A stretch of DNA of 64,000 nt from Candidatus Iainarchaeum sp. (GTDB taxonomy: Archaea > Iainarchaeota > Iainarchaeia > Iainarchaeales > UBA10219). The stretch covers positions 1 through 64,000 of the forward strand of contig JAGVWE010000002.1 in the NCBI GenBank assembly GCA_018304425.1, in the 5' to 3' direction. The number at the start of each line of letters is the position of its first letter. The first letter of the stretch is position 1. Both the position numbers and the translations under genes were made by a program. This document shows positions 10,611 to 19,163 of this stretch, one piece after another. The notes beneath the pieces were generated by a model that ran no database searches, was not told the origin of the DNA, and saw only the letters and a list, made by a program, of their open reading frames with translations.

Positions 10611-11840
10611 TCACGCCCTGGCCACGGCTTGCGCGCGCTTCCGGCTCAACCTGGCCTGCACCTTGAAGGGAAGGCCCTTGATTTTCAGGAACCCAGTGGA
10701 GTCATCCTGGTCGAAGCTGCCGCCTCCTTCCATCGTGGAAACGCTTTCGTCGTAGAGGCTGTGCACGCTCTTCCTGGAAATTGGTTGCGCGTGGCCCTTG
10801 AAGAGCTGGAGCTGCACCTCGCCGGAAACCCCTTGCTGGCTCTGGTCGACGAAGGCGTTGAGGGCCATGAGCTCGGAGCTGAACCAGTAGCCGTTGTAGA
10901 CGAGTTCCGCGTACCTCACCGACAGCTGGTCGCGCAAGTGCATCACATCCCTGTCCATCGTCAAGCCCTCCAGGTCGCGGTGGGCCGCGTAGAGCAGCGT
11001 TTGCCCCGGGGCTTGGTAGACGCCGCGGCTCTTGATGCCGACAAACCGGTTTTCCACCATGTCCAGCCAGCCCACGCCGTGCTTGCCGCCGACGGCGTTC
11101 AAAAGGGTAAGCAGTTCCACTGGGGGAAGTGACTGGCCGTTGACTGACACGGGAAAACCGTCCTCGAAGCCAATGGAAAGCGTTTCAGGCTGGTCCGTGG
11201 TTTGGGAGAGGGGCGCGATGAGGGAGCACACCGCGTCCGGCGCGGGAAAGCCTGGGTCTTCGAGCTTGCCTGCCTCGGTGCTGACATGGGCGAGGTTCTC
11301 GTCGGTGCTCCACGGCTGCGCGTACGTGGCCTTGACTGGGATGCCATGCTGTTCCGCGTAGGCGATGGCCTCCTTTCTGCCGGAAATGAGGGCCCTGAAT
11401 TCCTGGTTCCTCCAGGGAGCGATGATTTCGGCTTCCGGCATCAAGGCATACGCGGAGAGCTCGAACCGGCACTGGTCGTTGCCCTTGCCCGTGGCGCCGT
11501 GGGCCAAGAGGTGCGTGCCCTCTTCTTGCGCGACCTCCACGAGTTTCTCCGTGATGAACGGGCGCGCGATGGAGGTGCCGAGGAGGTAGCGGTGCTCGTA
11601 CTTGGCTTCGGCTTTCACGCATTGGAAGACGCCTTTCACGAAGTCCCCCTTGGCGTCCACGAAACGGAACTTCGAGGCGCCGGAGGCCAGGGCCTTTTTC
11701 TCGAGCGCGGCCGCGTCCAGGCCCGGCTGGCCCACGTCCACGGTCACGCAGACGACGTCATGGCCTTTCGAGGCCAGCCAGTGACAGATGACGCTGGTGT
11801 CAAGGCCGCCGGAATAGGCGAGCACGACTTTTTTCTTCAT
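10611..11840 (-). CDS. argG: Argininosuccinate synthase
   Basis: LAYSGGLDTS, LGTSIARP, HGATGKGNDQ and ENRFVGIKSR. Confidence 0.97.
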   Translation of the reverse strand: MKKKVVLAYSGGLDTSVICHWLASKGHDVVCVTVDVGQPGLDAAALEKKALASGASKFRFVDAKGDFVKGVFQCVKAEAKYEHRYLLGTSIARPFITEKLVEVAQEEGTHLLAHGATGKGNDQCRFELSAYALMPEAEIIAPWRNQEFRALISGRKEAIAYAEQHGIPVKATYAQPWSTDENLAHVSTEAGKLEDPGFPAPDAVCSLIAPLSQTTDQPETLSIGFEDGFPVSVNGQSLPPVELLTLLNAVGGKHGVGWLDMVENRFVGIKSRGVYQAPGQTLLYAAHRDLEGLTMDRDVMHLRDQLSVRYAELVYNGYWFSSELMALNAFVDQSQQGVSGEVQLQLFKGHAQPISRKSVHSLYDESVSTMEGGGSFDQDDSTGFLKIKGLPFKVQARLSRKRAQAVARA

Positions 11841-11951
11841 ATCCTTACTCTACGCGCCCGCCACTTAAAAGCGTTCCGACCGAAAATCGACAAATTGGAC
11901 AAAAACTGTTCAAAAATAGACATTTAAGCCTTTCGCTGCACGAATGACTGC

Positions 11952-12581
11952 ATGTCCCTGGCAAAAACCGTGGAAGCCTATGTCGGCAGCCGGCCCTTCA
12001 TCCGCGCCGCGTTGAAGGAGGGGTTGCTCAACCAGTCTGCGCTGGCCCGGCGGGTCATCGAGGACGAAAAGCTCCGGAAAACCGACTTCGACGCCGTCCT
12101 GGTGGGGCTGCGGAGGTTCGCCGAGAGCGCCAAGCCGGCGAAGTCCCTGGAACACCGGATCCTGGGCCTGCTGCGCGGGTCTAGGCTGCGGGTGGTCAAC
12201 CGCATGTGCACCTTCGTGCTCTCGAACCGCGTGTCCCTGCGGGAGCTCAACAAGCTGATTGGAAGCATCATGGAGCGGGACGAGACCATCCACTTGTTCC
12301 ATGGCAGCCACACCTTCACGGTCGTCACCCAGGACTCGAACCACGCCTTGTTCGTGAAGCACTTCAAGCCCTTCGTGGTGCTGGAGCGCACCGGGCTCGC
12401 TGAGATCACCATCGAGAGCGGCCCGGAAATCGAGCAAATCCCGGGCGTCATGGCTTTCTTTTACTCGCTGTTGGCCGAGCGCGGCATCAACATCAACGAG
12501 ACCCTGTCCAGCTACACCGACACCATCCTGGTGGTCGCGGAGAAGGACGTGCAGAAGGCGATGGAAGCGCTGCGGGTGTGA
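11952..12581 (+). CDS. ACT-domain protein, probable amino-acid-sensing regulator
   Basis: N-terminal helical region (GLLNQSALAR) and C-terminal ACT-like PGVMAFFYSLLAERGININETLS. Divergent from argG. Confidence 0.75.
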   Translation: MSLAKTVEAYVGSRPFIRAALKEGLLNQSALARRVIEDEKLRKTDFDAVLVGLRRFAESAKPAKSLEHRILGLLRGSRLRVVNRMCTFVLSNRVSLRELNKLIGSIMERDETIHLFHGSHTFTVVTQDSNHALFVKHFKPFVVLERTGLAEITIESGPEIEQIPGVMAFFYSLLAERGININETLSSYTDTILVVAEKDVQKAMEALRV

Positions 12582-12587
12582 AGGCAA

Positions 12588-13028
12588 TCAGGCCAGCGGG
12601 TTGATGACTTTCAGCCAGGGGATCTTCTTGAAGTCGGCGTCCTCGCTGTAAACGGTGTCCACGTGGTTCTCTTCCATGATGGCAGCCAGGAGGGCGTCCC
12701 AGAAAGGCGCATGGGTCAATGCCTGATATTCGACGGCCTGTAGAACGGTGCGGAAAGAATAGGAATGGACGTCGAACGAAACCGCGAGGCTGGAAACCCA
12801 TTCACGCGATTTTTCGACCGCGACCGGCCGCCGCACCTTCTGCGTCATGACGAAATGGAATTCCGCAAGATTTTGAGCACTCAAGCAGGCGCTGCCCTCG
12901 GCCATCTTCTCACGCAGAAAGGCCTTGGCCTTGGCATGTTTTTCTCCTTGCGTGTCGTCAAACGCATAGACCAATAGGTTGGAATCAATGAGTCCGAAGC
13001 TGTTTTTGGTGGTGTTCGTACCGGTCAT
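12588..13028 (-). CDS. PIN-domain (VapC) toxin
   Basis: LIDSNLLVY, QNLAEF, FWDALL and SEDADF acidic residues. Overlaps the upstream antitoxin gene. Confidence 0.92.
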   Translation of the reverse strand: MTGTNTTKNSFGLIDSNLLVYAFDDTQGEKHAKAKAFLREKMAEGSACLSAQNLAEFHFVMTQKVRRPVAVEKSREWVSSLAVSFDVHSYSFRTVLQAVEYQALTHAPFWDALLAAIMEENHVDTVYSEDADFKKIPWLKVINPLA

Positions 13029-13257
13029 AGAGTTCCGACCTGTCTTTTATCGTGATCCCGCCAAGGGAATAGCCCTTTTCCATTTCGGCGATCAGAAAAT
13101 CCACGGCCCGCTTGCGCTCGCTCTCGACCTCGAGTTTCTCCAATGCCTCGCCGATGACTTTCGACAGCGAGCCCTTTTTTCCGCCATGCCGCTCATCAGC
13201 TAAGCGCCGCAGTTTTGCTTCCGTGTCCTTGTCCAAGGAGATGGTCAGATGGCCCAT
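12985..13257 (-). CDS. Ribbon-helix-helix (VapB-like) antitoxin
   Basis: HLTISLDKDTEAKLRRLA...GGKKGSLSKVIGEAL and a C-terminal RSELYDR. Directly upstream of the PIN gene. Confidence 0.85.
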   Translation of the reverse strand: MGHLTISLDKDTEAKLRRLADERHGGKKGSLSKVIGEALEKLEVESERKRAVDFLIAEMEKGYSLGGITIKDRSELYDRYEHHQKQLRTH

Positions 13258-13334
13258 GGCTTTTTCACTTATAGACATATACTTACAACTCCTATTTATA
13301 CTTACATCTTTCGAGAATATACTCCAAGAGCACC

Positions 13335-13368
13335 AACAAAATATAAATAATTCGTTGATTGACGTAAT
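13335..13368 (+). promoter_or_regulatory. Island motif M copy 1 (TATA box + palindromic operator-like site)
   Basis: AACAAAATATAAATAATTCGTTGATTGACGTAAT. Near-identical copies at 14158, 28243 and 29962. The TATA box lies ~30 bp before the GNAT ATG. Confidence 0.75.
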
Positions 13369-13372
13369 TCAT

Positions 13373-13945
13373 ATGTCTGAAAGGCTGGCGCTCAACGCCA
13401 TTCTGGTGGAGCGCCTTTCCAGGGCGCACGAAAAATCCCTGAATGGATTCTCTTCCTATGAAAAGGACTTGATTGATTTCTTGCGGGAAGATGCCCTCCC
13501 GAACGAAGAAACATTCATTTCGACGACGCACTTGTGGTTCCATCGGGAATCGGGAAAACTCATGGGCTACATCACGCTCCGGGCTGATGCCTTGAACTTG
13601 ACCGCCCCATTGAAAGAAGATTTCAGGAAGAAAGGCATCAAGTACAAGTCCCTGCCTGCGCTCAAAATCGGAAGGCTTTGCGTTGATGACCGGTTCCTGC
13701 GGCGCGGCCTCGGCACGCTAATGGTTGATTCCGCAATGATCATTGCCGCCGAATTAACTGAAAAAATCGGGTGCCGATTTGTGACCGTGGAAACCAAGAG
13801 ACACCCAGACAAAAGCAGGAACGCCATCCACTTTTACAGGCGCAACGGTTTCAAAATCCTCAAAGAGCGGGAAAAGGGAGCCATCCCGATGTATAAAGAC
13901 ATCTCGAAGATAATGGCGGGACTCACAAACCGAGTGCAGACCTGA
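13373..13945 (+). CDS. GNAT acetyltransferase (TacT/AtaT-like toxin candidate)
   Basis: MGYITL, PALKIGRLCVDDRFLRRGLGT, GCRFVTV and AIHFYRRNGF. Start ATG 13373. Confidence 0.88.
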   Translation: MSERLALNAILVERLSRAHEKSLNGFSSYEKDLIDFLREDALPNEETFISTTHLWFHRESGKLMGYITLRADALNLTAPLKEDFRKKGIKYKSLPALKIGRLCVDDRFLRRGLGTLMVDSAMIIAAELTEKIGCRFVTVETKRHPDKSRNAIHFYRRNGFKILKEREKGAIPMYKDISKIMAGLTNRVQT

Positions 13946-14090
13946 AAAGAGCCTCGTTGGCCTTAATGCGCGCAACGATGGCCTTGTCCACTTTGCTGAT
14001 CGGCTTCTTGTCAAAGGCAACCATTTCACGAAGGAAGCGCCTGGCGTCCTCGCCGCGCAAGCACGGGGTCGCCCGAATAGGTTTAGCCAT
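13923..14090 (-). CDS. Small 55-aa protein, probable GNAT antitoxin (absent from the ORF track)
   Basis: Manual translation: MAKPIRATPCLRGEDARRFLREMVAFDKKPISKVDKAIVARIKANEALFRSALGL*. The TPxLxGEDAxRF segment resembles small GNAT-partner proteins. Convergent with GNAT, overlapping by 23 bp. Confidence 0.7.
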   Translation of the reverse strand: MAKPIRATPCLRGEDARRFLREMVAFDKKPISKVDKAIVARIKANEALFRSALGL

Positions 14091-14157
14091 TCCTGCCACC
14101 ACAAATAGGGTTGTCCCAACTACATATATGCTTTTCCATCATGGAAACAGGCAGCCG

Positions 14158-14191
14158 AACAAAATATAAATAATTCGTCAATCAACGTAAT
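14158..14191 (+). promoter_or_regulatory. Island motif M copy 2
   Basis: AACAAAATATAAATAATTCGTCAATCAACGTAAT. The 12-bp core is the exact reverse complement of the copy 1 core. Confidence 0.75.
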
Positions 14192-14247
14192 ACGTGAATG
14201 AAAAAAGGATAAATACTACCTTATCTTACTTATTTAAGGTGATTAAA

Positions 14248-14448
14248 GTGGTGAATGTGACCTTGTCGGTTCCCAAGGAAGTCCATGACATCATGAAACG
14301 GCATCGCGAAATCAAGTGGACGGAAGTGGCCAGGCAAGCCATCGTGGAAAAGGCTCGTGCGTTGGAGCGCGCCAATGACCCTTTGCGACTCTATACACTC
14401 AAAAGGATGGCTGAATGGGATGACGCAGAAGACGTCTTTAAACTATGA
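14248..14448 (+). CDS. RHH-type antitoxin
   Basis: [31 protein letters not shown], a common archaeal antitoxin pattern. GTG start after an SD-like AGGTGA. Overlaps the PemK gene. Confidence 0.82.
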
Positions 14449-14779
14449 ACAAGGCCAACTCGCCGTAGCTGACGTCTTGTTCTCCAACCAAGTAGGCATA
14501 AAACGGCGGCCGGTCCTGGTAATCAGCCGCGCCGAGTTCAACGAACACGCGGACGATCTGATTTTATTGCGGATTTCCTCAAGCCCGGCCAGGGCAAGGT
14601 TTGACGTCAATCTATCAAATGAAGACGTAATAGGCGGGGAATTAAAAACCACGAGTTCCATCATGGTTGACTTTCCAGCCACCCTGCAAAAGGACCTGGT
14701 CGTGAAAATAGTCGGCAAGATCTCCGAACAAAAACTCGCCGAGGTCAAGCAAAAAATGCGGGAACTCTACGGCCTCTGA
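14420..14779 (+). CDS. PemK/MazF family endoribonuclease toxin
   Basis: [16 protein letters not shown]...[10 protein letters not shown]...S.IMVD...IVGKIS. Start ATG 14420. Confidence 0.9.
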
Positions 14780-14784
14780 CGCCG

Positions 14785-15975
14785 CTACTCCTCCCTATTC
14801 TCTTCCCTCACGCGGATGTAAGTGGTCTCGCCCTTCTTCCCGAAGCGCTCGAGCTGTTCGAGCAGGGGTTTCGGCCAGGCCCGGCTTTTCATGACGTCGC
14901 TCAAGGCGAAGAGGTCAAGGCCCTGCACGTCCTCCCATTTGCCGACCGCTTTGAGGAATTCCTCCAACAGGGGGCGCTTGTCGTCGAATTTGCCGGGAAA
15001 ATTGTATCGCGGATAAAAGTTGACGCTGAGCTTGACTCCCTGGCCCTGGAGCATGGACAAATTGTTGGTCTTCGCGTAGTCGCGGATGGCTTCCTTGAGG
15101 GCCTCGACCTCCAGTTGGACCTTGTCGGCTTCCTTCTTGAGCGAATAGTAGCGGTTGGCCAGCTGGACCCCGGTTTCCTTGGCGGCTTCCTCGGGTTTGA
15201 GGCCCTCGACCTTGTACAAGTGCTTCCACTTCGGGCATTCCGGCTGGAACTCGCACCAGCTACAGAGGGCGCTGGTCTTGGCGGGAAACTCCTGCTCGGC
15301 CTCGATGGCCTTGACCGCGGCCCGCACCTCGGCCTTGAGGGTTTCCAGTTGTTCCGGGGTGCGCGTGGACCTTAGTTCTTTGTCGAAGGCCAGGTAATGC
15401 CAGACCAACTCGACCCTTTCCGCGTCCGGGAAGCGTTCCTTGACCGCAATGGAGTAGAGGGCGAGCTGGCGGTCTCCTTCGAGGGCTTCTTTCTTGGGGA
15501 GGGTCATGCCGGTCTTGTAGTCGTGGATTTCGTAGACGCCGTCCGCGCGCTGGTCGAGGCGGTCCAGGAAGCCCTGCAGGCGCACGTTCTCGCCCAGGTC
15601 GAGTTCCACGCGGTCCTCGATGCCAAGAACTCTTGCCTGGTCGAAGGGATGATAGCGCTGGTAGTAGTCGCGGAGGCACCGTTCGCCGGTCTTTTGGTAG
15701 TCTTCGGCTTCCAGGTGGTCTTTGACGATGACGATGCCGTCGTTCCACTCCCGGGCCCACTCCGCCCCATAGAACGCGAGCAGTTCCTCGAGGGAATGCC
15801 GTTTCTCGACGAGCGCGTCCTTGTAAAGCTTCTCCAGGGCCTCGTGCACCCGCGAACCCATGAACGCCTCAATGCCCTCCCCCTTAAGCGCCTCCCGCTT
15901 CTCCACATACCGCCACTTGAACTGCAACGGACAGGTCTCGAAACACGAAAGCCGTGAGTGAGAATAGGTTGTCAT
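14785..15975 (-). CDS. PD-(D/E)XK RecB/Cas4-like nuclease with a probable Fe-S cluster
   Basis: YSHSRL...CP, GSRVHEALE, GFLDRLD, IHDYKTG, QLALY and CSWCEFQPEC (1+3 Cys arrangement). Confidence 0.9.
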   Translation of the reverse strand: MTTYSHSRLSCFETCPLQFKWRYVEKREALKGEGIEAFMGSRVHEALEKLYKDALVEKRHSLEELLAFYGAEWAREWNDGIVIVKDHLEAEDYQKTGERCLRDYYQRYHPFDQARVLGIEDRVELDLGENVRLQGFLDRLDQRADGVYEIHDYKTGMTLPKKEALEGDRQLALYSIAVKERFPDAERVELVWHYLAFDKELRSTRTPEQLETLKAEVRAAVKAIEAEQEFPAKTSALCSWCEFQPECPKWKHLYKVEGLKPEEAAKETGVQLANRYYSLKKEADKVQLEVEALKEAIRDYAKTNNLSMLQGQGVKLSVNFYPRYNFPGKFDDKRPLLEEFLKAVGKWEDVQGLDLFALSDVMKSRAWPKPLLEQLERFGKKGETTYIRVREENREE

Positions 15976-16146
15976 GAAACATCACTTGGAGGGGCGGTAT
16001 TCCACTCGCCTACCGCCCCATTGAGCAAAGCGAAATGGGGCACGCCGAGCGTGCAGCCGGCGCTCTCGACCGGCTCGCCACTTGAACTGCAACGGACAGG
16101 TCTCGAAACAAGAGAGACGGGAATGCGAGTACGTCGTTCCACCCAT
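15911..16146 (-). repeat. 35-bp perfect direct repeat flanking a 165-bp insertion with a duplicated, recoded gene start
   Basis: 15911-15945 is identical to 16076-16110. The adjoining nine codons encode the same TTYSHSRLS but differ at every third position. Confidence 0.93.
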
Positions 16147-16238
16147 ACCACACAACAGCCCCCAAAAGCAATTAAAAAGCGCTGGGGGACCGAATTTCCG
16201 GTGCGGGAGCCTTGCGCTGGGCAAGGAGCGTGCTTCTT

Positions 16239-16349
16239 GGGCCTCTGCGCAATTACCCGGTGGGACGGAGGCCCAGAAACAAAGGAAACAAGCCGAAGAA
16301 GCGCCGCGAAATAACCAAACCAGGCCAAGGAACGGGTGGCGGGCGGGGC
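16239..16349 (+). repeat. Dispersed island repeat R, copy 1
   Basis: GGGCCTCTGCGCAATTACCCG...CAAAGGAAACAAGCCG...GCGCCGCGAAATAACCAAACCAGG...GGCGGGCGG aligns by eye with the copies at 18791, 27566 and 29830. Confidence 0.7.
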
Positions 16350-16356
16350 AAAGCCC

Positions 16357-16415
16357 CAACCGTTTTACCCCTACAAATTTACATATGTTTAAATATCTGT
16401 AGGTCTAAACGGTTG
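16357..16415 (+). promoter_or_regulatory. Long imperfect inverted repeat spanning the Fic promoter
   Basis: CAACCGTTT..CCTACA / TGTAGG..AAACGGTTG flank TTTAAATA just upstream of ATG 16418. Confidence 0.6.
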
Positions 16416-16417
16416 GT

Positions 16418-17368
16418 ATGGCGTATATCAAGGAGAAGACCATCGCCGGCCGGAAATACTTTTACGTGACGAAATCCGTGCGGTTGCCGGACGGCAAGGT
16501 CAAGACCCTGCAGAAGCTGGTCAAGGACCGGCGTGTTTCCCCCCAGGCGTTCGCGGGCTGGTTCGAGGAAGAGGAGAAAAAAGCATTCTGCGGCTGGGCC
16601 GCGAAAACCTATCCGGCCGACAGCGTGTTCTCGGCGGAACAAATAAGGGCGGCCGAGGAAATGCGGTTCGGGTACCGGAAAATCCTTGCCCGGCTCTCAA
16701 AGCCCCAGCTCAAGGACTTGTTCGACCGCTTCACCGTGAACTTCACGTACGAGTCGAACGCCATCGAAGGCAACTCCCTTACCCTCAAGGACGTGGCCAT
16801 CGTCCTCTTCGAGAACGCCTCCATCAAGGGAAAGGACTTGCGCGAAATCTATGAGACGCGGAACTCGCGCGAGGTGGTCGACCTCATCCTGCGCCGGAAG
16901 CTCAAGGCCACGGAGGCGGACGCCATCCGCGTGCACAAAACGCTGGTCAGGGACATGGACATTCCAACGGGCTACAAGACCGTGCCGAATTACCTGCTTG
17001 GCAGGGACGTGGAGACCACGCCCCCGGAGAAGGTCGCCGGGGCGATGGGGAAGCTCTTCGCCGACTATGAGGCCAACGAAGGGAAGCTGCATCCCGTGCA
17101 GTTGGCGGCGCGCTTCCACGGGGCCTTCGAGAAAATCCATCCCTTCGAGGACGGCAACGGGCGCGTGGGAAGGTTCCTCGTCAACGCGATGCTCGTCAAC
17201 AACGGCTATCCGCCCCTCATCATCCGGAAAAGCCAGCGCACCGCCTACATGAAGTGCTTGAACGACTTCGACCGCGGCTACGCGCGGAACCTGGAGCGGT
17301 TCCTCCTCGAAAAATACAAGGACACCTACCGGAAGTTCTTCGAAGTCTACGCGAAATACCTCAAATAA
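16418..17368 (+). CDS. Fic/Doc family protein
   Basis: FTYESNAIEGN and the canonical HPFEDGNGRVGR. N-terminal beta-strand extension (KTIAGRKYFYVTKSVR). Confidence 0.95.
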   Translation: MAYIKEKTIAGRKYFYVTKSVRLPDGKVKTLQKLVKDRRVSPQAFAGWFEEEEKKAFCGWAAKTYPADSVFSAEQIRAAEEMRFGYRKILARLSKPQLKDLFDRFTVNFTYESNAIEGNSLTLKDVAIVLFENASIKGKDLREIYETRNSREVVDLILRRKLKATEADAIRVHKTLVRDMDIPTGYKTVPNYLLGRDVETTPPEKVAGAMGKLFADYEANEGKLHPVQLAARFHGAFEKIHPFEDGNGRVGRFLVNAMLVNNGYPPLIIRKSQRTAYMKCLNDFDRGYARNLERFLLEKYKDTYRKFFEVYAKYLK

Positions 17369-17446
17369 CGGGGCCGCTGGCGCCCTCGCACGCAGCCCCC
17401 CTATCCACCCCCACGGATAGATCCATTATCGGGGATAGGCCAGGTA

Positions 17447-17495
17447 GCGCCGCCGCGAATCAACCGAACCAGGGCAGGGGACGGCTGGGGCGGGC
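17447..17495 (+). repeat. Island repeat R, copy 2 (3' half only)
   Basis: GCGCCGCCGCGAATCAACCGAACCAGGGCAGGGGACGGCTGGGGCGGGC matches 18860-18905. Its reverse complement supplies the last codons and stop of the AbiEi-like gene. Confidence 0.72.
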
Positions 17496-18071
17496 TCCAA
17501 GCAGGGCGCGGACCTTTTTTTGGGTGCGGGCCGGCGTTTTTTTAAGGAGCCCGTCAAGCGCTTTTTTGTCTAGCCTGCCCTTGATCGCTTCGAGCGCGTC
17601 AGCGGGAATTTTTTCGTTGAAGTACGCGAAGTCGATGAGGGTTTTTTCAGGCGTGGAAACGGGAATCCATTTGCCGTGGCGCTGCACCAACCCGTAGCCG
17701 AAAAACATCCTTGGGTTTACGTGCCGCACCAGGTAATTGGCGCCCAGGGCCTGCCGAACCCCGGTGCGAACCCACCTGGGCGTCACCACCACGGGGTTGG
17801 TTCCCTGATCCCAGAGGCCGTGCAGGGAAAGGGCTTCCTGCAACCCATAATAATGAGGGGCGAAGGCAAAGCCGATGACCATGGGGTCGTCGCTGAAAGT
17901 ATAGTGGCCACGGGTAATACGCTTGAGTGCGCCCTTCTTCAACAAGTAGTGGATGAGGAAGTGGAGGTAGCCTTCACTTATTTTTTTCTGTTTCAGGAAC
18001 ACGCGGCAGTCCCGCAGCGAGAACACGTTTCGCCCGGAAAAACGCGCGACGACGTCCTTCATGTACTTCAT
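17460..18071 (-). CDS. AbiEi-like type IV antitoxin / transcriptional regulator
   Basis: N-terminal wHTH (LKRITRGHY), YYGLQEALSLHGL and VSTPEKTLIDF. Confidence 0.87.
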   Translation of the reverse strand: MKYMKDVVARFSGRNVFSLRDCRVFLKQKKISEGYLHFLIHYLLKKGALKRITRGHYTFSDDPMVIGFAFAPHYYGLQEALSLHGLWDQGTNPVVVTPRWVRTGVRQALGANYLVRHVNPRMFFGYGLVQRHGKWIPVSTPEKTLIDFAYFNEKIPADALEAIKGRLDKKALDGLLKKTPARTQKKVRALLGARPSRPLPWFG

Positions 18072-18715
18072 TTCGAAAACCTCCTCCGAAGCGCGTCCGC
18101 CATTTGGGCGAAGGAAGGCACGGCGCCCGACAAGACCAGGGCATTCAGGTTTTTTTCGTCCACGGGTTGTGGCAAGGAAACCAGTTGGCCCGCCACCTTT
18201 TCCTTGAAACCCTTTTCGTTTCCCGCCAGCCGGCTCAAATGGTATACGTCATAAATGTCGCGCACCAGGCGCCTTCCCCTGAAGGCCGCGAGTTTTTCCA
18301 GCAGCAGGTCCTCGGCGCTCAACGTGAAGACGTCGAGGCTCGAACCGTCCAGTTTCTCGTATTCCCTGACGACGGGTTCCCTGAATTCCCTCAAGGCGGC
18401 CTCGAAGGCGACGTTGATGCCTTCCCGCTCGACCTTGGCGTAAACGCTGTTCGCGGTCTGCTTGTACTTCGCCAACTTCAGGCCAGCTGAAGAGATTTCC
18501 CGGGCAAACGCCTCCCTGAACCCCTTTTTCGGCACGAAATAAAAGTCCAAGTCCTCGGAAAACCGGTTGCCCTGGTAGCACCGCCAAAGGGCCGTTCCCC
18601 CGTGCAGGACCGCTTTCCCCTCCAACGCGTACACGATTTCCAGCACCTGGTCCTGGACAAAAGCGATGTCGCGGTGCAACTGACGCCGCAACCGGTTGAA
18701 CAACGGCAAACGCAT
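18068..18715 (-). CDS. AbiEii-family nucleotidyltransferase toxin
   Basis: LHGGTAL, RFSEDLDF, EKLAA and RDIYD. 4-bp overlap with the AbiEi-like gene. The inverted repeat ACCAAACATA..TATGTTTGGT (18730-18759) covers its promoter. Confidence 0.92.
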   Translation of the reverse strand: MRLPLFNRLRRQLHRDIAFVQDQVLEIVYALEGKAVLHGGTALWRCYQGNRFSEDLDFYFVPKKGFREAFAREISSAGLKLAKYKQTANSVYAKVEREGINVAFEAALREFREPVVREYEKLDGSSLDVFTLSAEDLLLEKLAAFRGRRLVRDIYDVYHLSRLAGNEKGFKEKVAGQLVSLPQPVDEKNLNALVLSGAVPSFAQMADALRRRFSK

Positions 18716-18790
18716 ACAACCATCAATCAACCAAACATATAAAAAAACCTATGTTTGGTCAATCCGACAAAACCCCCTTCAACCGCTTCC

Positions 18791-18907
18791 GGGGCCTTGC
18801 GGGATTGCCCGAGGGGAGGCAAGGCCGACCAGGGGCAAAGGAAGAAAGCCGGGAAGGGCGGCGCCGCAAATTAACCGAATCAGGGCGGGGGACGGCGGGG
18901 CGGGCGG
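18791..18907 (+). repeat. Island repeat R, copy 3
   Basis: GGGGCCTTGCGGGATTGCCCGAGGGGAGGCAAGGCCGACCAGGGGCAAAGGAAGAAAGCC...GCGCCGCAAATTAACCGAATCAGGGCGGGGGACGGCGGGGCGGG. Closest match is the reverse complement of 29830-29945. Confidence 0.78.
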
Positions 18908-18911
18908 AACT

Positions 18912-19082
18912 TCAACACCTCCTCGCCCCCCTATACCCGGCCGCGCGCGCCTCGTCGCGTGATTGGAAGCACACGCAGTTTTCGGAGAAGATGCGGCGGG
19001 CGTAGCTGCAGTGGGGCGCGTGGTAGACGTTCGAGTGCTTGCTGCCGACGAAGGCGCAGACGCCGCAGGCGGCGGGTTGGGC
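18912..19082 (-). pseudogene. 5'-truncated Ada metal-binding-domain fragment
   Basis: Manual translation: ...CAFVGSKHSNVYHAPHCSYARRIFSENCVCFQSRDEARAAGYRGARRC*. No start codon; in-frame TAA at 19083-19085. Confidence 0.72.
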
Positions 19083-19163
19083 TTATACTCAATGGATGGC
19101 GCAGTCAGAAAGGCCCAACCGTGGCCAATAGTCGTTTAAAACATTGAGCCTATTACAGATACA

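Noticed and set aside
14785-15975. Cas4-like nuclease as evidence of a CRISPR-Cas locus
   Set aside because: No cas1/cas2 and no regularly spaced repeat-spacer array anywhere in the window. It fits a solo PD-(D/E)XK nuclease.
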